Assembly: GCA_965248435.1 (NCBI GenBank)
Contig: OZ252100.1
Coordinates: forward strand, 2,656,001 to 2,720,000
Reading direction: 5' to 3'
Origin: Candidatus Latescibacterota bacterium
GTDB taxonomy: Bacteria; Latescibacterota; UBA2968; GCA-2709665
Length of the DNA: 64,000 nucleotides
Shown here: positions 51,873 through 60,564 of the stretch, piece by piece
Position numbering within the stretch: position 1 is the first letter of the stretch
How the letters are laid out: each line of letters begins with the position of its first letter
Program-made: the position numbers and the translations under genes
The notes under the pieces: model-generated
Told to the model about the DNA's origin: nothing
Seen by the model: the letters and a program-made list of their open reading frames with translations, nothing else
Database searches by the model: none

Positions 51873-51924
51873 AAAAAAAAGGCCAAGGAACGCCCAGCTT
51901 GCCGGCAGAGCGCATTCCTTAGCC
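51873..51924. other. A-tract plus hairpin with loop AGCTTGCCGGC
   Basis: GGCCAAGGAA...TTCCTTAGCC stem; loop motif shared with 53174-53210. Confidence 0.5.
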
Positions 51925-52032
51925 CTTCGCTTTTGAAACCTGTTTTCCGGTTTCGCATTTATAATATATCGAACCCTGTAGCAGAACCCAAACGTTTCCT
52001 TTCACGAGTTTTCACGCAAAGAGGAAAGCGAG

Positions 52033-52695
52033 ATGGTCGGGGAAATAGTCACACAGCGGATTACGAGCGCCTTAAAAGATCTTTATAAAAATCAAGGCTT
52101 TAAGCTCGAATACGTAGAAGCGTGGACCAAGCAGCAGGGCTATCCTGTCGGCCGTCAGGCGGTAAGCCGCGCCCTCAACGGCAAGGTCCGAAGGATGCGG
52201 GAAGAGACGGCCAAAGGTCTGGCCCAGCTCATCGAGGAGGAGACAGCCGGCAAGATCTCAGCCTCGGAGCTTCTCTCGCCGCGGTCCACGTCTTATCGCC
52301 AGGACCTTAAAGGGGCCACGATAGAAGGCGAGAACTGGTCCAACATGGACCTATCCGGTGCTGATTTCTCCGGGGCGACTCTGGACGGCGTGAACTTCAG
52401 TCGGGCGAACCTTCTGAGCGCCCGATTTCAGGAGGCCACGCTTCTGAACTGCAACTTCAGCAACGCCGACCTGGTCAACGGGAATCTGAAGAATATCGGC
52501 GCCGATGGCTGCACCTTCCGGGAGGCCGACCTGCGAGCCTCGTCCTGGCGCAATTCACGCCTGTCCAACTCCACCTTCAGAAACGCCAAGCATACCGGTG
52601 TGGACATGCGGGACGTCAAGTTTGCTAATGTGACATGGAAATCAGATCGCACCGGGGCGGGCTCAGGCTGGACGGGGCCGATCTGGACGGGCTAA
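52033..52695 (+). CDS. Putative HTH domain + pentapeptide-repeat protein
   Basis: N-terminal Cro/XRE-like segment (VGRQAVSRALNGK); C-terminal A(D/N)(L/F)xx repeats; GAGGA RBS. Confidence 0.8.
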   Translation: MVGEIVTQRITSALKDLYKNQGFKLEYVEAWTKQQGYPVGRQAVSRALNGKVRRMREETAKGLAQLIEEETAGKISASELLSPRSTSYRQDLKGATIEGENWSNMDLSGADFSGATLDGVNFSRANLLSARFQEATLLNCNFSNADLVNGNLKNIGADGCTFREADLRASSWRNSRLSNSTFRNAKHTGVDMRDVKFANVTWKSDRTGAGSGWTGPIWTG

Positions 52696-52721
52696 AAAGG
52701 ATCAGCGAAAGTCGCAGCATC

Positions 52722-53156
52722 GTGAAGCAGATCGTGCTCAACATCGCAGACGGGCGTAGTCGGTTTCACGGCTTCGCAGGTGCCGTCGATTTTGGAATGG
52801 GGTGCTGGGAATATTCTCTTCGGTATTTGGAAGACGAGTTTGCCCCAGCAGAGGTAGAGGAAGTGCTGGGAGCTTTGTCGACAAACCCATACTGGCTGAA
52901 TCATTTGCAGATCGAATATTACCTCTTTCTTCGTGAAGAGATGGGCTGCGATTTCTTGAGCGAGTCAATGGTTAGTGCTAGGAAGCAAGCGAAAGAAACA
53001 GGAAGAATCTTCACGTTCAGAGGAGTTAAGGGTCGCCTTAACAAGCGTGCCCTGTTTGTTCCGCTCGATATCAAGGATGAGGATTACGATTTACAGGATC
53101 TGGACTTTGATGACGTATTCGAGCGCTTTCTGGATGAAGATAGCAACTGTAACTAG
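52722..53156 (+). CDS. Hypothetical protein with acidic C-terminus
   Basis: Open frame right after the pentapeptide gene; GTG start inferred; lower GC than neighbours. Confidence 0.55.
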   Translation: MKQIVLNIADGRSRFHGFAGAVDFGMGCWEYSLRYLEDEFAPAEVEEVLGALSTNPYWLNHLQIEYYLFLREEMGCDFLSESMVSARKQAKETGRIFTFRGVKGRLNKRALFVPLDIKDEDYDLQDLDFDDVFERFLDEDSNCN

Positions 53157-53162
53157 CTGCAG

Positions 53163-53210
53163 AAAATAGAAACGCCGGAGGGCGGTAGCTTGGCGGCGTC
53201 ACCCTCCGGC
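53163..53210. other. A-rich tract plus hairpin with loop AGCTTGGCGGC
   Basis: GCCGGAGGG / CCCTCCGGC perfect 9-bp stem. Confidence 0.5.
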
Positions 53211-53410
53211 AAATCATCCAACGGGCCTCTTAGAGCTAGAGCATGCTCCATTGGCGTTTATAAGATAACACTAAGGTAGTACCCTAGCAAGCCTTATATC
53301 GCCGATCGGAGAAGGACCTTCGAGGTCCCGTTGGATGTGCCTATTTTCGTATAACCCATATATTTTATAAATGGTTGCCGTTCTGAAGACATCATAGAAG
53401 GGGATGGGAT

Positions 53411-53773
53411 TTGGCGAATATACTGATCATTGACGACGAGTCTCTGGTTCGCCGCGTGCTCCGCAGGACGCTTGAGTATGCCGGTCACGAGGTGACGGAG
53501 GCCCCTGATGGGGATGCCGGTATCGGCATCTACCGGGACCAGCCCAAGGACCTTGTGATCACGGACATCCAAATGCCGAAAAAGGACGGCTTTGAGGTCA
53601 TTCGGGAACTCCGCCACGACTTTCCGGAGGTCAAGATCATCGCCACCTCCGGCTCCTCTCCTGACAAGGCCAATTTCGTGTCAACGACGCGAGAGCTGGG
53701 TGCAAAGCGCTTTATTTCCAAGCCCTTCGACGTTGAGCAGATGCTTGATACGGTGAAGGAGCTGCTCCAGTAG
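53411..53773 (+). CDS. Single-domain response regulator (CheY-like receiver)
   Basis: ILIIDD, TDIQMPKKDG, ATSG, KPF motifs. Confidence 0.93.
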   Translation: MANILIIDDESLVRRVLRRTLEYAGHEVTEAPDGDAGIGIYRDQPKDLVITDIQMPKKDGFEVIRELRHDFPEVKIIATSGSSPDKANFVSTTRELGAKRFISKPFDVEQMLDTVKELLQ

Positions 53774-53805
53774 ACCCCGACCTACGTGTGGCTCCTGAGG
53801 CCGAC

Positions 53806-53841
53806 AAAAAGCCCCGAGGCGAAACCCTCGGGGCTTTTTTG
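53806..53841. terminator. Bidirectional rho-independent terminator
   Basis: AAAAAGCCCCGAGG-loop-CCTCGGGGCTTTTT between convergent genes. Confidence 0.9.
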
Positions 53842-53882
53842 TGATTATTGATCCAAGTTACTCAGTTGTCACTACTCCATTG

Positions 53883-54767
53883 TCAGGTCTTTGAATTCTC
53901 GTCGTTGTACCGCCGTCCTCCGATCTTGGCCCCTGCAATCTCGTGCCAGTCATAGACCTTACGGATCCTGAGATTATATGCATTGATCTCTTCAAGCAGC
54001 TTGGTGTCGACCCCCAGCTCCCTGCACCGTCCGATAATGGCCCCCAGATCCTTGGGAAAGCACTTCCCGCCGAATCCCCTCTCCGTCGTCACCGTCATAT
54101 GACTCGGCCCGATCCTCGCGTCCATCCCCACGGCTTCCTTCACGTCGTCGTAGCCGACCCCCTCGGCCTGACAAATATCGAAGAAGATATTCGAAACGGC
54201 CACCTTCGTTGCGAGCAAAACGTTACATTGATACTTCACCACCTCCGCGGCCGTCGTACTCATTCTAAGGAGTGGCGTCCTCGGAAAGCATGCCCGATGA
54301 AGATCGGTCAATCTCTGCCCGATCCAGTCATTATCTGCCCCGATGACGATGCGGTCCGACTTCACAAAGTCTTCGAGGTAATTCGACTCTGTGAGAAATT
54401 CCGGATTGAAGGCGAAATGGACGTCCGGATAGGTCGACGCATATCGCCGCGTCGTACCGGGCACTACCGTGGACTTGATCGTGACGACCTTCCCCGCCCC
54501 TCCAATACGTGGCGCGATCTCTTCGATCATCCGATCGCATATAGACAGGTCGATTCGAAGTTCATCCTCGTGATACGGTGTTGGCAGACAGATAAATATG
54601 ATCTCGCCTTCATCCAGCACCTTTTCGAGTCCATCGCTTTCCTTGTATTTATCGTAGTAAAGGACTCGGTGTTCGGGCTTCCTTCCCTGCTCCACATCAT
54701 AGTCGTGAAACCCGTAGGCGACCGCTCTGCCGACGTACCCGTAGCCGATGATGCCAATCGTACTCAT
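53883..54767 (-). CDS. UDP-glucose/GDP-mannose dehydrogenase family, short form lacking the C-terminal domain
   Basis: GYGYVG, CLPTP, KSTVVPGT, NPEFL, AE..K, GFGGKCFPKD; ends about 45 aa after the catalytic Cys. Confidence 0.88.
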   Translation of the reverse strand: MSTIGIIGYGYVGRAVAYGFHDYDVEQGRKPEHRVLYYDKYKESDGLEKVLDEGEIIFICLPTPYHEDELRIDLSICDRMIEEIAPRIGGAGKVVTIKSTVVPGTTRRYASTYPDVHFAFNPEFLTESNYLEDFVKSDRIVIGADNDWIGQRLTDLHRACFPRTPLLRMSTTAAEVVKYQCNVLLATKVAVSNIFFDICQAEGVGYDDVKEAVGMDARIGPSHMTVTTERGFGGKCFPKDLGAIIGRCRELGVDTKLLEEINAYNLRIRKVYDWHEIAGAKIGGRRYNDENSKT

Positions 54768-55010
54768 CCTGGATCGCTCCCTGCTGTCGCTACTCAAACC
54801 GGCTGGACATTCTCCTAACCCAAATATAGGAAGATATTTGCAATCGGAAGTGGAAAAACGTACTTCACGGTCATACGACCTCACGTCCGACTCACGTAGC
54901 GCCACTCATCGCAGATATGGGATTCGGAATGGGCTCTAGATCCGATACGTGCTTCTGCGCTCATCCAACTTCAAGTCACAACGAATCAGCCCTCTGCCGT
55001 TCCACAATCC

Positions 55011-55460
55011 TTATTGTCCGCTCTGCTTCTCGATTCTGTCTTCAAGCCTGGACTGCAGCGGAAGAAACACAGCATACGCCCAAACGATCGCATAGAAGAG
55101 CGTAACGGTCGCCGTCGCGATTCCGGGCCCTAGGGCATCTACTTGGTCTGAAAGTTTAGGGAACTGAGCAATATTCATGATACCGACCAGGAACCCGATC
55201 CAGCCGGCACCGATGATATAGGTCTTGGCGCGCCCCCATCCACGAGCCGCGTGTCTCAATTCTTCCACGGTCAGCTGCGCTGATAAGACGGCTTTCAGCA
55301 TCGTTGGAATACTCACGTGGGCAATGAGAAGGGATCCAATCGTAATGAAGAGAACAACGATAACGGAAGGGACATCAACAAAGTTGATGAGATGTCCGCC
55401 ATTAAATATCCCCATGACGATGACAACCATCGTTAGGATCAGCCCTATTACACCCTTCAT
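55011..55460 (-). CDS. Short MotA/TolQ/ExbB-like membrane protein
   Basis: FVDVPSVIVV (MotA TM2), G.IG.LVGI (TM3), LGPGIATA..T.FY...FLP (TM4); only 149 aa; AAGGAGG RBS. Confidence 0.7.
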   Translation of the reverse strand: MKGVIGLILTMVVIVMGIFNGGHLINFVDVPSVIVVLFITIGSLLIAHVSIPTMLKAVLSAQLTVEELRHAARGWGRAKTYIIGAGWIGFLVGIMNIAQFPKLSDQVDALGPGIATATVTLFYAIVWAYAVFLPLQSRLEDRIEKQSGQ

Positions 55461-55545
55461 GTCAACCTCCTTTGTTTGGTGTTTCTTCTGGATGAATTTG
55501 GATGGTTGGCAACCAACATTTGGCTATCTTTGAGACGGTGACGCG

Positions 55546-56211
55546 ATGAAAATCGAACTCAGACACATTTCGCTGCGCTACGAGGGAAAGCCGACCCTCT
55601 TCGAAGACCTCAACCTGTCCGTAAACGAGGGCGATTTCATTCTCATTCAGGGTCCTTCTGGTAGCGGCAAGTCCAGCCTGCTCCGCCTTCTGAACCGCCT
55701 TCAGGATCCGTCATCTGGCGAAGTCCTTATAGACGGTAACCCTGTGCTGGATCAAGAGGTTACAAAACTTCGACGGCGCGTTGGCTACGTTCAGCAGACG
55801 CCCGTCATGGTCACGGGGAGCGTGGCACACAACCTCAACCTTCCTTTTAGATTTAAATCCGACGGGGAAAACAGAACACTCTCCGACGGCGAAATGCAAA
55901 ACTGGCTAAAAGACTTTCGTCTTGAAGATGTGGGTCTGGAGGACGACGCCGGTAGGCTCTCCGTCGGCCAGAAACAGCGACTGGCCCTGATCCGAAACCT
56001 GTTGGTCAAACCGGAGGCCCTGCTCTGTGACGAACCGACGTCTGCCCTGGACCCTGAGTCCAGGGAAATCGTCGACAACTGGCTGGGGCGTCTGAACTCC
56101 GAGCACGACGTGACCGTCGTGCTGGTGACCCATCTCGATCAACAACCGAAACAGAATCATCCCAGGAAGCTCTATCTGAGCCAAGATGGGCTACGGGAGG
56201 CAGAATCGTGA
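55546..56211 (+). CDS. fetA: ABC transporter ATP-binding protein (FetA/YbbL-like)
   Basis: GPSGSGKS, LSVGQ, DEPTSALD, VTH; adjacent to a fetB-like gene. Confidence 0.8.
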   Translation: MKIELRHISLRYEGKPTLFEDLNLSVNEGDFILIQGPSGSGKSSLLRLLNRLQDPSSGEVLIDGNPVLDQEVTKLRRRVGYVQQTPVMVTGSVAHNLNLPFRFKSDGENRTLSDGEMQNWLKDFRLEDVGLEDDAGRLSVGQKQRLALIRNLLVKPEALLCDEPTSALDPESREIVDNWLGRLNSEHDVTVVLVTHLDQQPKQNHPRKLYLSQDGLREAES

Positions 56212-56981
56212 GCGTTATCGAGATCTCTCCTTTTCAGCTCGTGCTCTGCCTGATCTTCGTCCTGATCGCCGGAACAGGTTCGGTCGTATTCAAATTGAGA
56301 CTGGAGAGAGATCTTGCGTGGGGCACTGTGCGTACGTTCGCCCAGCTCTTCCTTGTCGGCTATGTCCTCAAGTTCGTCTTCCGGCTCAACGACCCCTATC
56401 TCATCCTGCTTCTTTTCTTGTGGATGATCTTCTGGGCCGCGCAGACGATTCGCGGGCGAATCCAGGAAAAGGAAGTTCGGTTCTTCCTCCCCACCTTCGT
56501 TTCAATGGCAGCGAGTTACATGGTGGTCGCCGTACTCGTCACATCCACCATCGTTCAGGTCAAACCGTGGTACACACCTCAATACTTCATCCCCCTTGGG
56601 GGGATGATCGTCGGAAATTCCATGAACGCGATTACGATCTCCCTCGAGCGCCTGCTGTCTGACATAAGGAAGCGTCGGGACGAGATCGAACTCGCCTTCA
56701 GCCTGGGTGCGACGTATCAGGAGGCCACGAGCGACCTGCTCCGCGATGTCATCAAGGCCGGCATGATCCCGTCCATCAACGCCCTGATGTCCGTCGGCCT
56801 CGTCTCCCTTCCCGGCATGATGACGGGCCAGATCCTCGCGGGCTCAGACCCGATGACGGCGATCAAATACCAGATCCTGGTCATGCTCATGCTCGTCGCC
56901 GCTACAGCGATCGGTACCATCATCGTCGTTCACGTCGTCAGGAGACGCTGCTTCACGAAGGCCCACCAGATGGCGATCTGA
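56208..56981 (+). CDS. fetB: ABC permease, FetB/YbbM (UPF0014)
   Basis: PQY.IPLGGMIVGNSM, GLVSLPGMMTGQILAG..P..A..YQI. Confidence 0.88.
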   Translation: MSVIEISPFQLVLCLIFVLIAGTGSVVFKLRLERDLAWGTVRTFAQLFLVGYVLKFVFRLNDPYLILLLFLWMIFWAAQTIRGRIQEKEVRFFLPTFVSMAASYMVVAVLVTSTIVQVKPWYTPQYFIPLGGMIVGNSMNAITISLERLLSDIRKRRDEIELAFSLGATYQEATSDLLRDVIKAGMIPSINALMSVGLVSLPGMMTGQILAGSDPMTAIKYQILVMLMLVAATAIGTIIVVHVVRRRCFTKAHQMAI

Positions 56982-57007
56982 AATCGGTCATTACAGCTTC
57001 GTGATTC

Positions 57008-57086
57008 TGGAGTGTTGGAGTATTGTGAAAAACCGGAAGGTTGGTAGCCTTGTCTTTCCATTACTCCATTACTCCAACATCCCATT
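57008..57086. repeat. Inverted arrays of the octamer TGGAGTA(A/T)/TACTCCA
   Basis: TGGAGTGTTGGAGTATTG ... TCCATTACTCCATTACTCCAACA between convergent genes. Confidence 0.65.
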
Positions 57087-57111
57087 CCCCAACCCTCGCA
57101 GCCTCTCTCCA

Positions 57112-58119
57112 TTAGCAGACCTTCACGAGCCGCTTACCGATATTCTCTCCATTGAGCATTCCGATGAAGGCGTTCGGTGCATTCTCGAGCCCCTCCACAA
57201 CGTCCTCCCTGTAGTTCACCTCCCCGGCTCGAACCCACGTTGCCATCTGCATCAATGCCTCAGGAAACCGCTCTTCGAAGTCGAACACAAGAAATCCTGT
57301 AACCCTCGCGCGTTTTACGATCAGGTGCCACAGGAAGCGCGGCCCCCGCTCGGGACGCTCGAGGTTGTACTGGGATATCTGCCCGCACACGGCCACCCTG
57401 GCCTTCAAATTCAACTGCGGAAAAACGGCATCCGAGATTTTTCCCCCCACGTTGTCGAAATAGACGTCGATCCCTTTCGGACAGAAACGTTCCAACTCGC
57501 TCCTGTAATCCTTCGTCTCTTTGTAATTGAAGGCAGCATCGAATCCCAGGTCGTTGACCAGGTAGTTGACCTTCTCTTCGCTTCCAGCGATCCCCACCAC
57601 ACGACATCCCTTGATCTTTGCGATCTGTCCGACCAGAGAACCGACGGCCCCCGCCGCCCCGGATACGACCACAGTCTCTCCAGGCCCTGGACTCCCGACT
57701 TCCAAGAGGCCGAAGTAGGCCGTCATCCCCGGCATCCCCAAGACACCCAGCGCCGTAGAAATCGGCGCCACATCCGGATCGACTTTCCTCAGATGCTTCC
57801 CGTCCACGATACCGTGGGTCTGCCACCCCACGTCGCCATTGACGAACTCACCCTCCTGAAAATTGGAATGCCTCGAGGCAGCGACCTCTCCGACTACACC
57901 GCCAATCATCACTTCACCGATCTCCACCCCCTTCGCGTAGGACCGGCCCTCGTTCATGCGCCCTCGCTGATAGGGATCGACAGACAGGTAAAGCGTCCGT
58001 ACAAGGACTTCCCCTTCAGCCGGTTCGGGAATCACCGATTCAACAAGCTCGAAATCCGATGCCTTCGGCATCCCAGCCGGCCGTGCCGCTAGCTTGATTT
58101 GCCGATTCAACTCAGCCAT
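57112..58119 (-). CDS. NADP-dependent oxidoreductase (MDR, CurA/prostaglandin reductase-like)
   Basis: LSVDPY.R, LGMPGMTAYFGL, SGAAGAVGS, YFDNVGG, CGQISQYN. Confidence 0.93.
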   Translation of the reverse strand: MAELNRQIKLAARPAGMPKASDFELVESVIPEPAEGEVLVRTLYLSVDPYQRGRMNEGRSYAKGVEIGEVMIGGVVGEVAASRHSNFQEGEFVNGDVGWQTHGIVDGKHLRKVDPDVAPISTALGVLGMPGMTAYFGLLEVGSPGPGETVVVSGAAGAVGSLVGQIAKIKGCRVVGIAGSEEKVNYLVNDLGFDAAFNYKETKDYRSELERFCPKGIDVYFDNVGGKISDAVFPQLNLKARVAVCGQISQYNLERPERGPRFLWHLIVKRARVTGFLVFDFEERFPEALMQMATWVRAGEVNYREDVVEGLENAPNAFIGMLNGENIGKRLVKVC

Positions 58120-58232
58120 CCCGATCTCCCGATCCTGCAGTTGATCGTGCTTTTCCAACCACTACACGTGAATAAATGACAAAAGATGATCGTGATTAGA
58201 TTCGGTTCTTACGATTCACGATTCACCGGCCT

Positions 58233-58272
58233 TCCGGTACCCGGGACCCGTGTCTTGGTTTCCCGGTACACG
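58233..58272 (+). repeat. Degenerate GGTACCCG intergenic repeat copy
   Basis: TCCGGTACCCGGGACCCGTGTCTTGGTTTCCCGGTACACG. Confidence 0.7.
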
Positions 58273-58276
58273 TCTT

Positions 58277-59815
58277 CTACTCCGCCCGAGGCAAGACGAC
58301 CTTGCCGTCGCGCAAAGTAGCCAGAAAAGAGAATGTCCAGCCGCAGTAGTTTGTCCCCTCCGTATTGCTCAGCTTGATGACGATCGTATTCCGACCCTTC
58401 TTCAGATCGACCTGCACTGTCTGGTCCTCAAAGGCGTCGTGATGCCCCAGGTCGATCGGGTCATTCGCATTCACCCGAAGGATCATCCGATCATCCCAGG
58501 CCAGGCGAATGCTCGCCGTCGTGTCCTCCTTGACTTCCAACACACATCTCGCGATTGCCGCCGCGTCGTGGGTGTGCCCGGGCGTCCCTCTCACGTGTGG
58601 ACGAAAGACGTGATTGAAATCCACGAACCCGCGAAGCGCAGACCGCCGGATCCAGCGTGCGGCATCCCGACCGAGCTCTCGAGATCCCTCTGTCAACCAG
58701 TTGGAATCCTCTTCGTGCTTGCCGTCGTGAGTCGCCTCGGCGTCGAACTCCGTCTCTGCTTCCAGATCGGCGTCCATAGCGCGCTCTTCGCGATTCCAGA
58801 ACGGTCCACACAGCCACCAGCTTCCGCTGTCCGGCAGGTCCAGGTCGAAGGTCCCCCTGGGCAACTCGCCCCACGGGGACTCGAATCGCTGTGCCGGCTG
58901 GAGCAGCGGCCAGTCCGGCATCTCGAAAAACGGCCGCACAGGCCCTTCCTGATACCAGTAGGAGGTCGCACAGATGTCATTGCACATCGAACCGAACCGC
59001 ACGTGGATCGACTTCCTGAACTCGATCGAATCGTGCTCGAAGAACCGGTAACCCACCAATCGCTGTGCAGGGCGGGCCTGGCCGACATCCGCGTGCGTGT
59101 AATACGGCAAGCCCGTGTAGAGAAGCGTCTCGGTCGGGGAGTGCAGGGCCCCGCCGAACGAACCACCGAACGTGTCTTCGCCCCCGATCCCTCGAAGATA
59201 GGCCGGGTGCTCACCGTCACCATCAATGTAGATATTGTCCCCTCCGCCGTGACTCCACCGGTCCACTTCATCGTAAAGCCGCACGCCGTAGACGAACCCG
59301 AGCAGCTGGCCAGGACCGTCTGCATCCAGAAGGAGGAAGTCTTCCCCGTATCGCTCCGTCGGCGCTTCACGTCGCCAGCGGGCACAAAAGCGGCGAGGTT
59401 CTTCCAGCTCCTGGTCTGGAAAACGGTGCCAGTTGACGAAAAGATAGACCGATCCTTCACTTTCTCCCACCATCTCGATTCGGGCGGAGCGGGCGAACGG
59501 CATGTCGAAATAGGAGTTGTATCCACTGAAGCTTGTCACGGCAAGATGGGGGGTGTTAATCGGATACCAGGGCAGTCCGTGCATTACCCCGAAAAAGTCG
59601 CCGAACGGTGCTTCGATGTACGGGACAGGTTCATCGTCGAAATAGACGCGGATGATCACCTTACGTCCTTTCCCCTCACGACCGGCCGTCCCCCAGATGT
59701 GACGTATACAGCCCGGACCCTTGAGGTCCGCGAACGTCGTTCGCGTGTTCGCCTCCATGCGCTGAACCAGGCTTACTCTGTTGGGAACGGCAACCTTAGG
59801 TAACTTCAGATCCAT
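58277..59815 (-). CDS. DUF2961 / GH172-like glycoside hydrolase with an extra C-terminal domain
   Basis: GPG.IRHIW.T, P.GDFFG, NSYF.MPF, IYIDG, G.ED.F, YRF...D.I.F, YWYQ motifs. Confidence 0.82.
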   Translation of the reverse strand: MDLKLPKVAVPNRVSLVQRMEANTRTTFADLKGPGCIRHIWGTAGREGKGRKVIIRVYFDDEPVPYIEAPFGDFFGVMHGLPWYPINTPHLAVTSFSGYNSYFDMPFARSARIEMVGESEGSVYLFVNWHRFPDQELEEPRRFCARWRREAPTERYGEDFLLLDADGPGQLLGFVYGVRLYDEVDRWSHGGGDNIYIDGDGEHPAYLRGIGGEDTFGGSFGGALHSPTETLLYTGLPYYTHADVGQARPAQRLVGYRFFEHDSIEFRKSIHVRFGSMCNDICATSYWYQEGPVRPFFEMPDWPLLQPAQRFESPWGELPRGTFDLDLPDSGSWWLCGPFWNREERAMDADLEAETEFDAEATHDGKHEEDSNWLTEGSRELGRDAARWIRRSALRGFVDFNHVFRPHVRGTPGHTHDAAAIARCVLEVKEDTTASIRLAWDDRMILRVNANDPIDLGHHDAFEDQTVQVDLKKGRNTIVIKLSNTEGTNYCGWTFSFLATLRDGKVVLPRAE

Positions 59816-59833
59816 ACAGACACCCCCATTGAA

Positions 59834-59860
59834 ACCCGCGTTTTGATTTCCTGGTACCCG
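59834..59860 (+). repeat. GGTACCCG intergenic repeat copy
   Basis: ACCCGCGTTTTGATTTCCTGGTACCCG. Confidence 0.7.
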
Positions 59861-59879
59861 AGCCCCGCTATCCGACCCT

Positions 59880-60338
59880 TCATCCCACTTCAACGATCGC
59901 CTCTACTTCAACACCACACCCAAGGGGAAGCTCATTCACGCCGACCGCCGCTCTGGCGTGCATGCCCCGTTCCTGCAAAACCTCGGCGAACAGGTCCGAG
60001 GCACCATTAATCACCTTGGGCTGGTCGGTAAATCCGTCCGCTGAGCGGACGAACCCGCCCACGCGCACCATCTGAACGATATTGTCTAAAGAGCCGATCT
60101 CGGCCTGGAGCACGCTCAGGATGTTCAGGGCACAGATCCGTGCGGCCTCATAGCCATCTTCGATGCTGAGGTCTGCCCCCACCCTCCCCTTGTACTTGAG
60201 CTTTCCTTCCAGGATCGGGACCATTCCCGAAACGAAAATCAGATTGCCCGTTCGCCTGGCCCTCACGTAGGACCCCACCGGCTGAGGCGGTTCCGGAAGC
60301 GTAAGTCCGAGGACCGAAAGCCTTTCTTCTGCTGACAT
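59880..60338 (-). CDS. RidA/YjgF family protein (Rid1-like)
   Basis: P.GSYV, FVSG, QPKVINGASDL, HARAAVG...LP...VEVE; AGGAGG RBS. Confidence 0.92.
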   Translation of the reverse strand: MSAEERLSVLGLTLPEPPQPVGSYVRARRTGNLIFVSGMVPILEGKLKYKGRVGADLSIEDGYEAARICALNILSVLQAEIGSLDNIVQMVRVGGFVRSADGFTDQPKVINGASDLFAEVLQERGMHARAAVGVNELPLGCGVEVEAIVEVG

Positions 60339-60564
60339 AGACATCCTCCTTTCAAACAGAGTGATAACGAGTCGGTGCTGAGGCAGCAAAGATACGCATT
60401 GCACCTCGAGTTCTGCAAGCCTGTCGCTCCAGAGATTCTTCGATTCGTAATACCGCTTACTTCTCTTATCGAGGTTTCATATCTTACCCGCAGTCGCGGC
60501 AGTCTGTCCGACTATTAGAGAGAAATCAACCATCCTAAAATGTCAAGAACAGGGCGGGTATGAA

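Noticed and set aside
58250-59803. 517-aa plus-strand ORF
   Set aside because: Antisense shadow of the DUF2961 gene with no motifs; expected in high-GC DNA.
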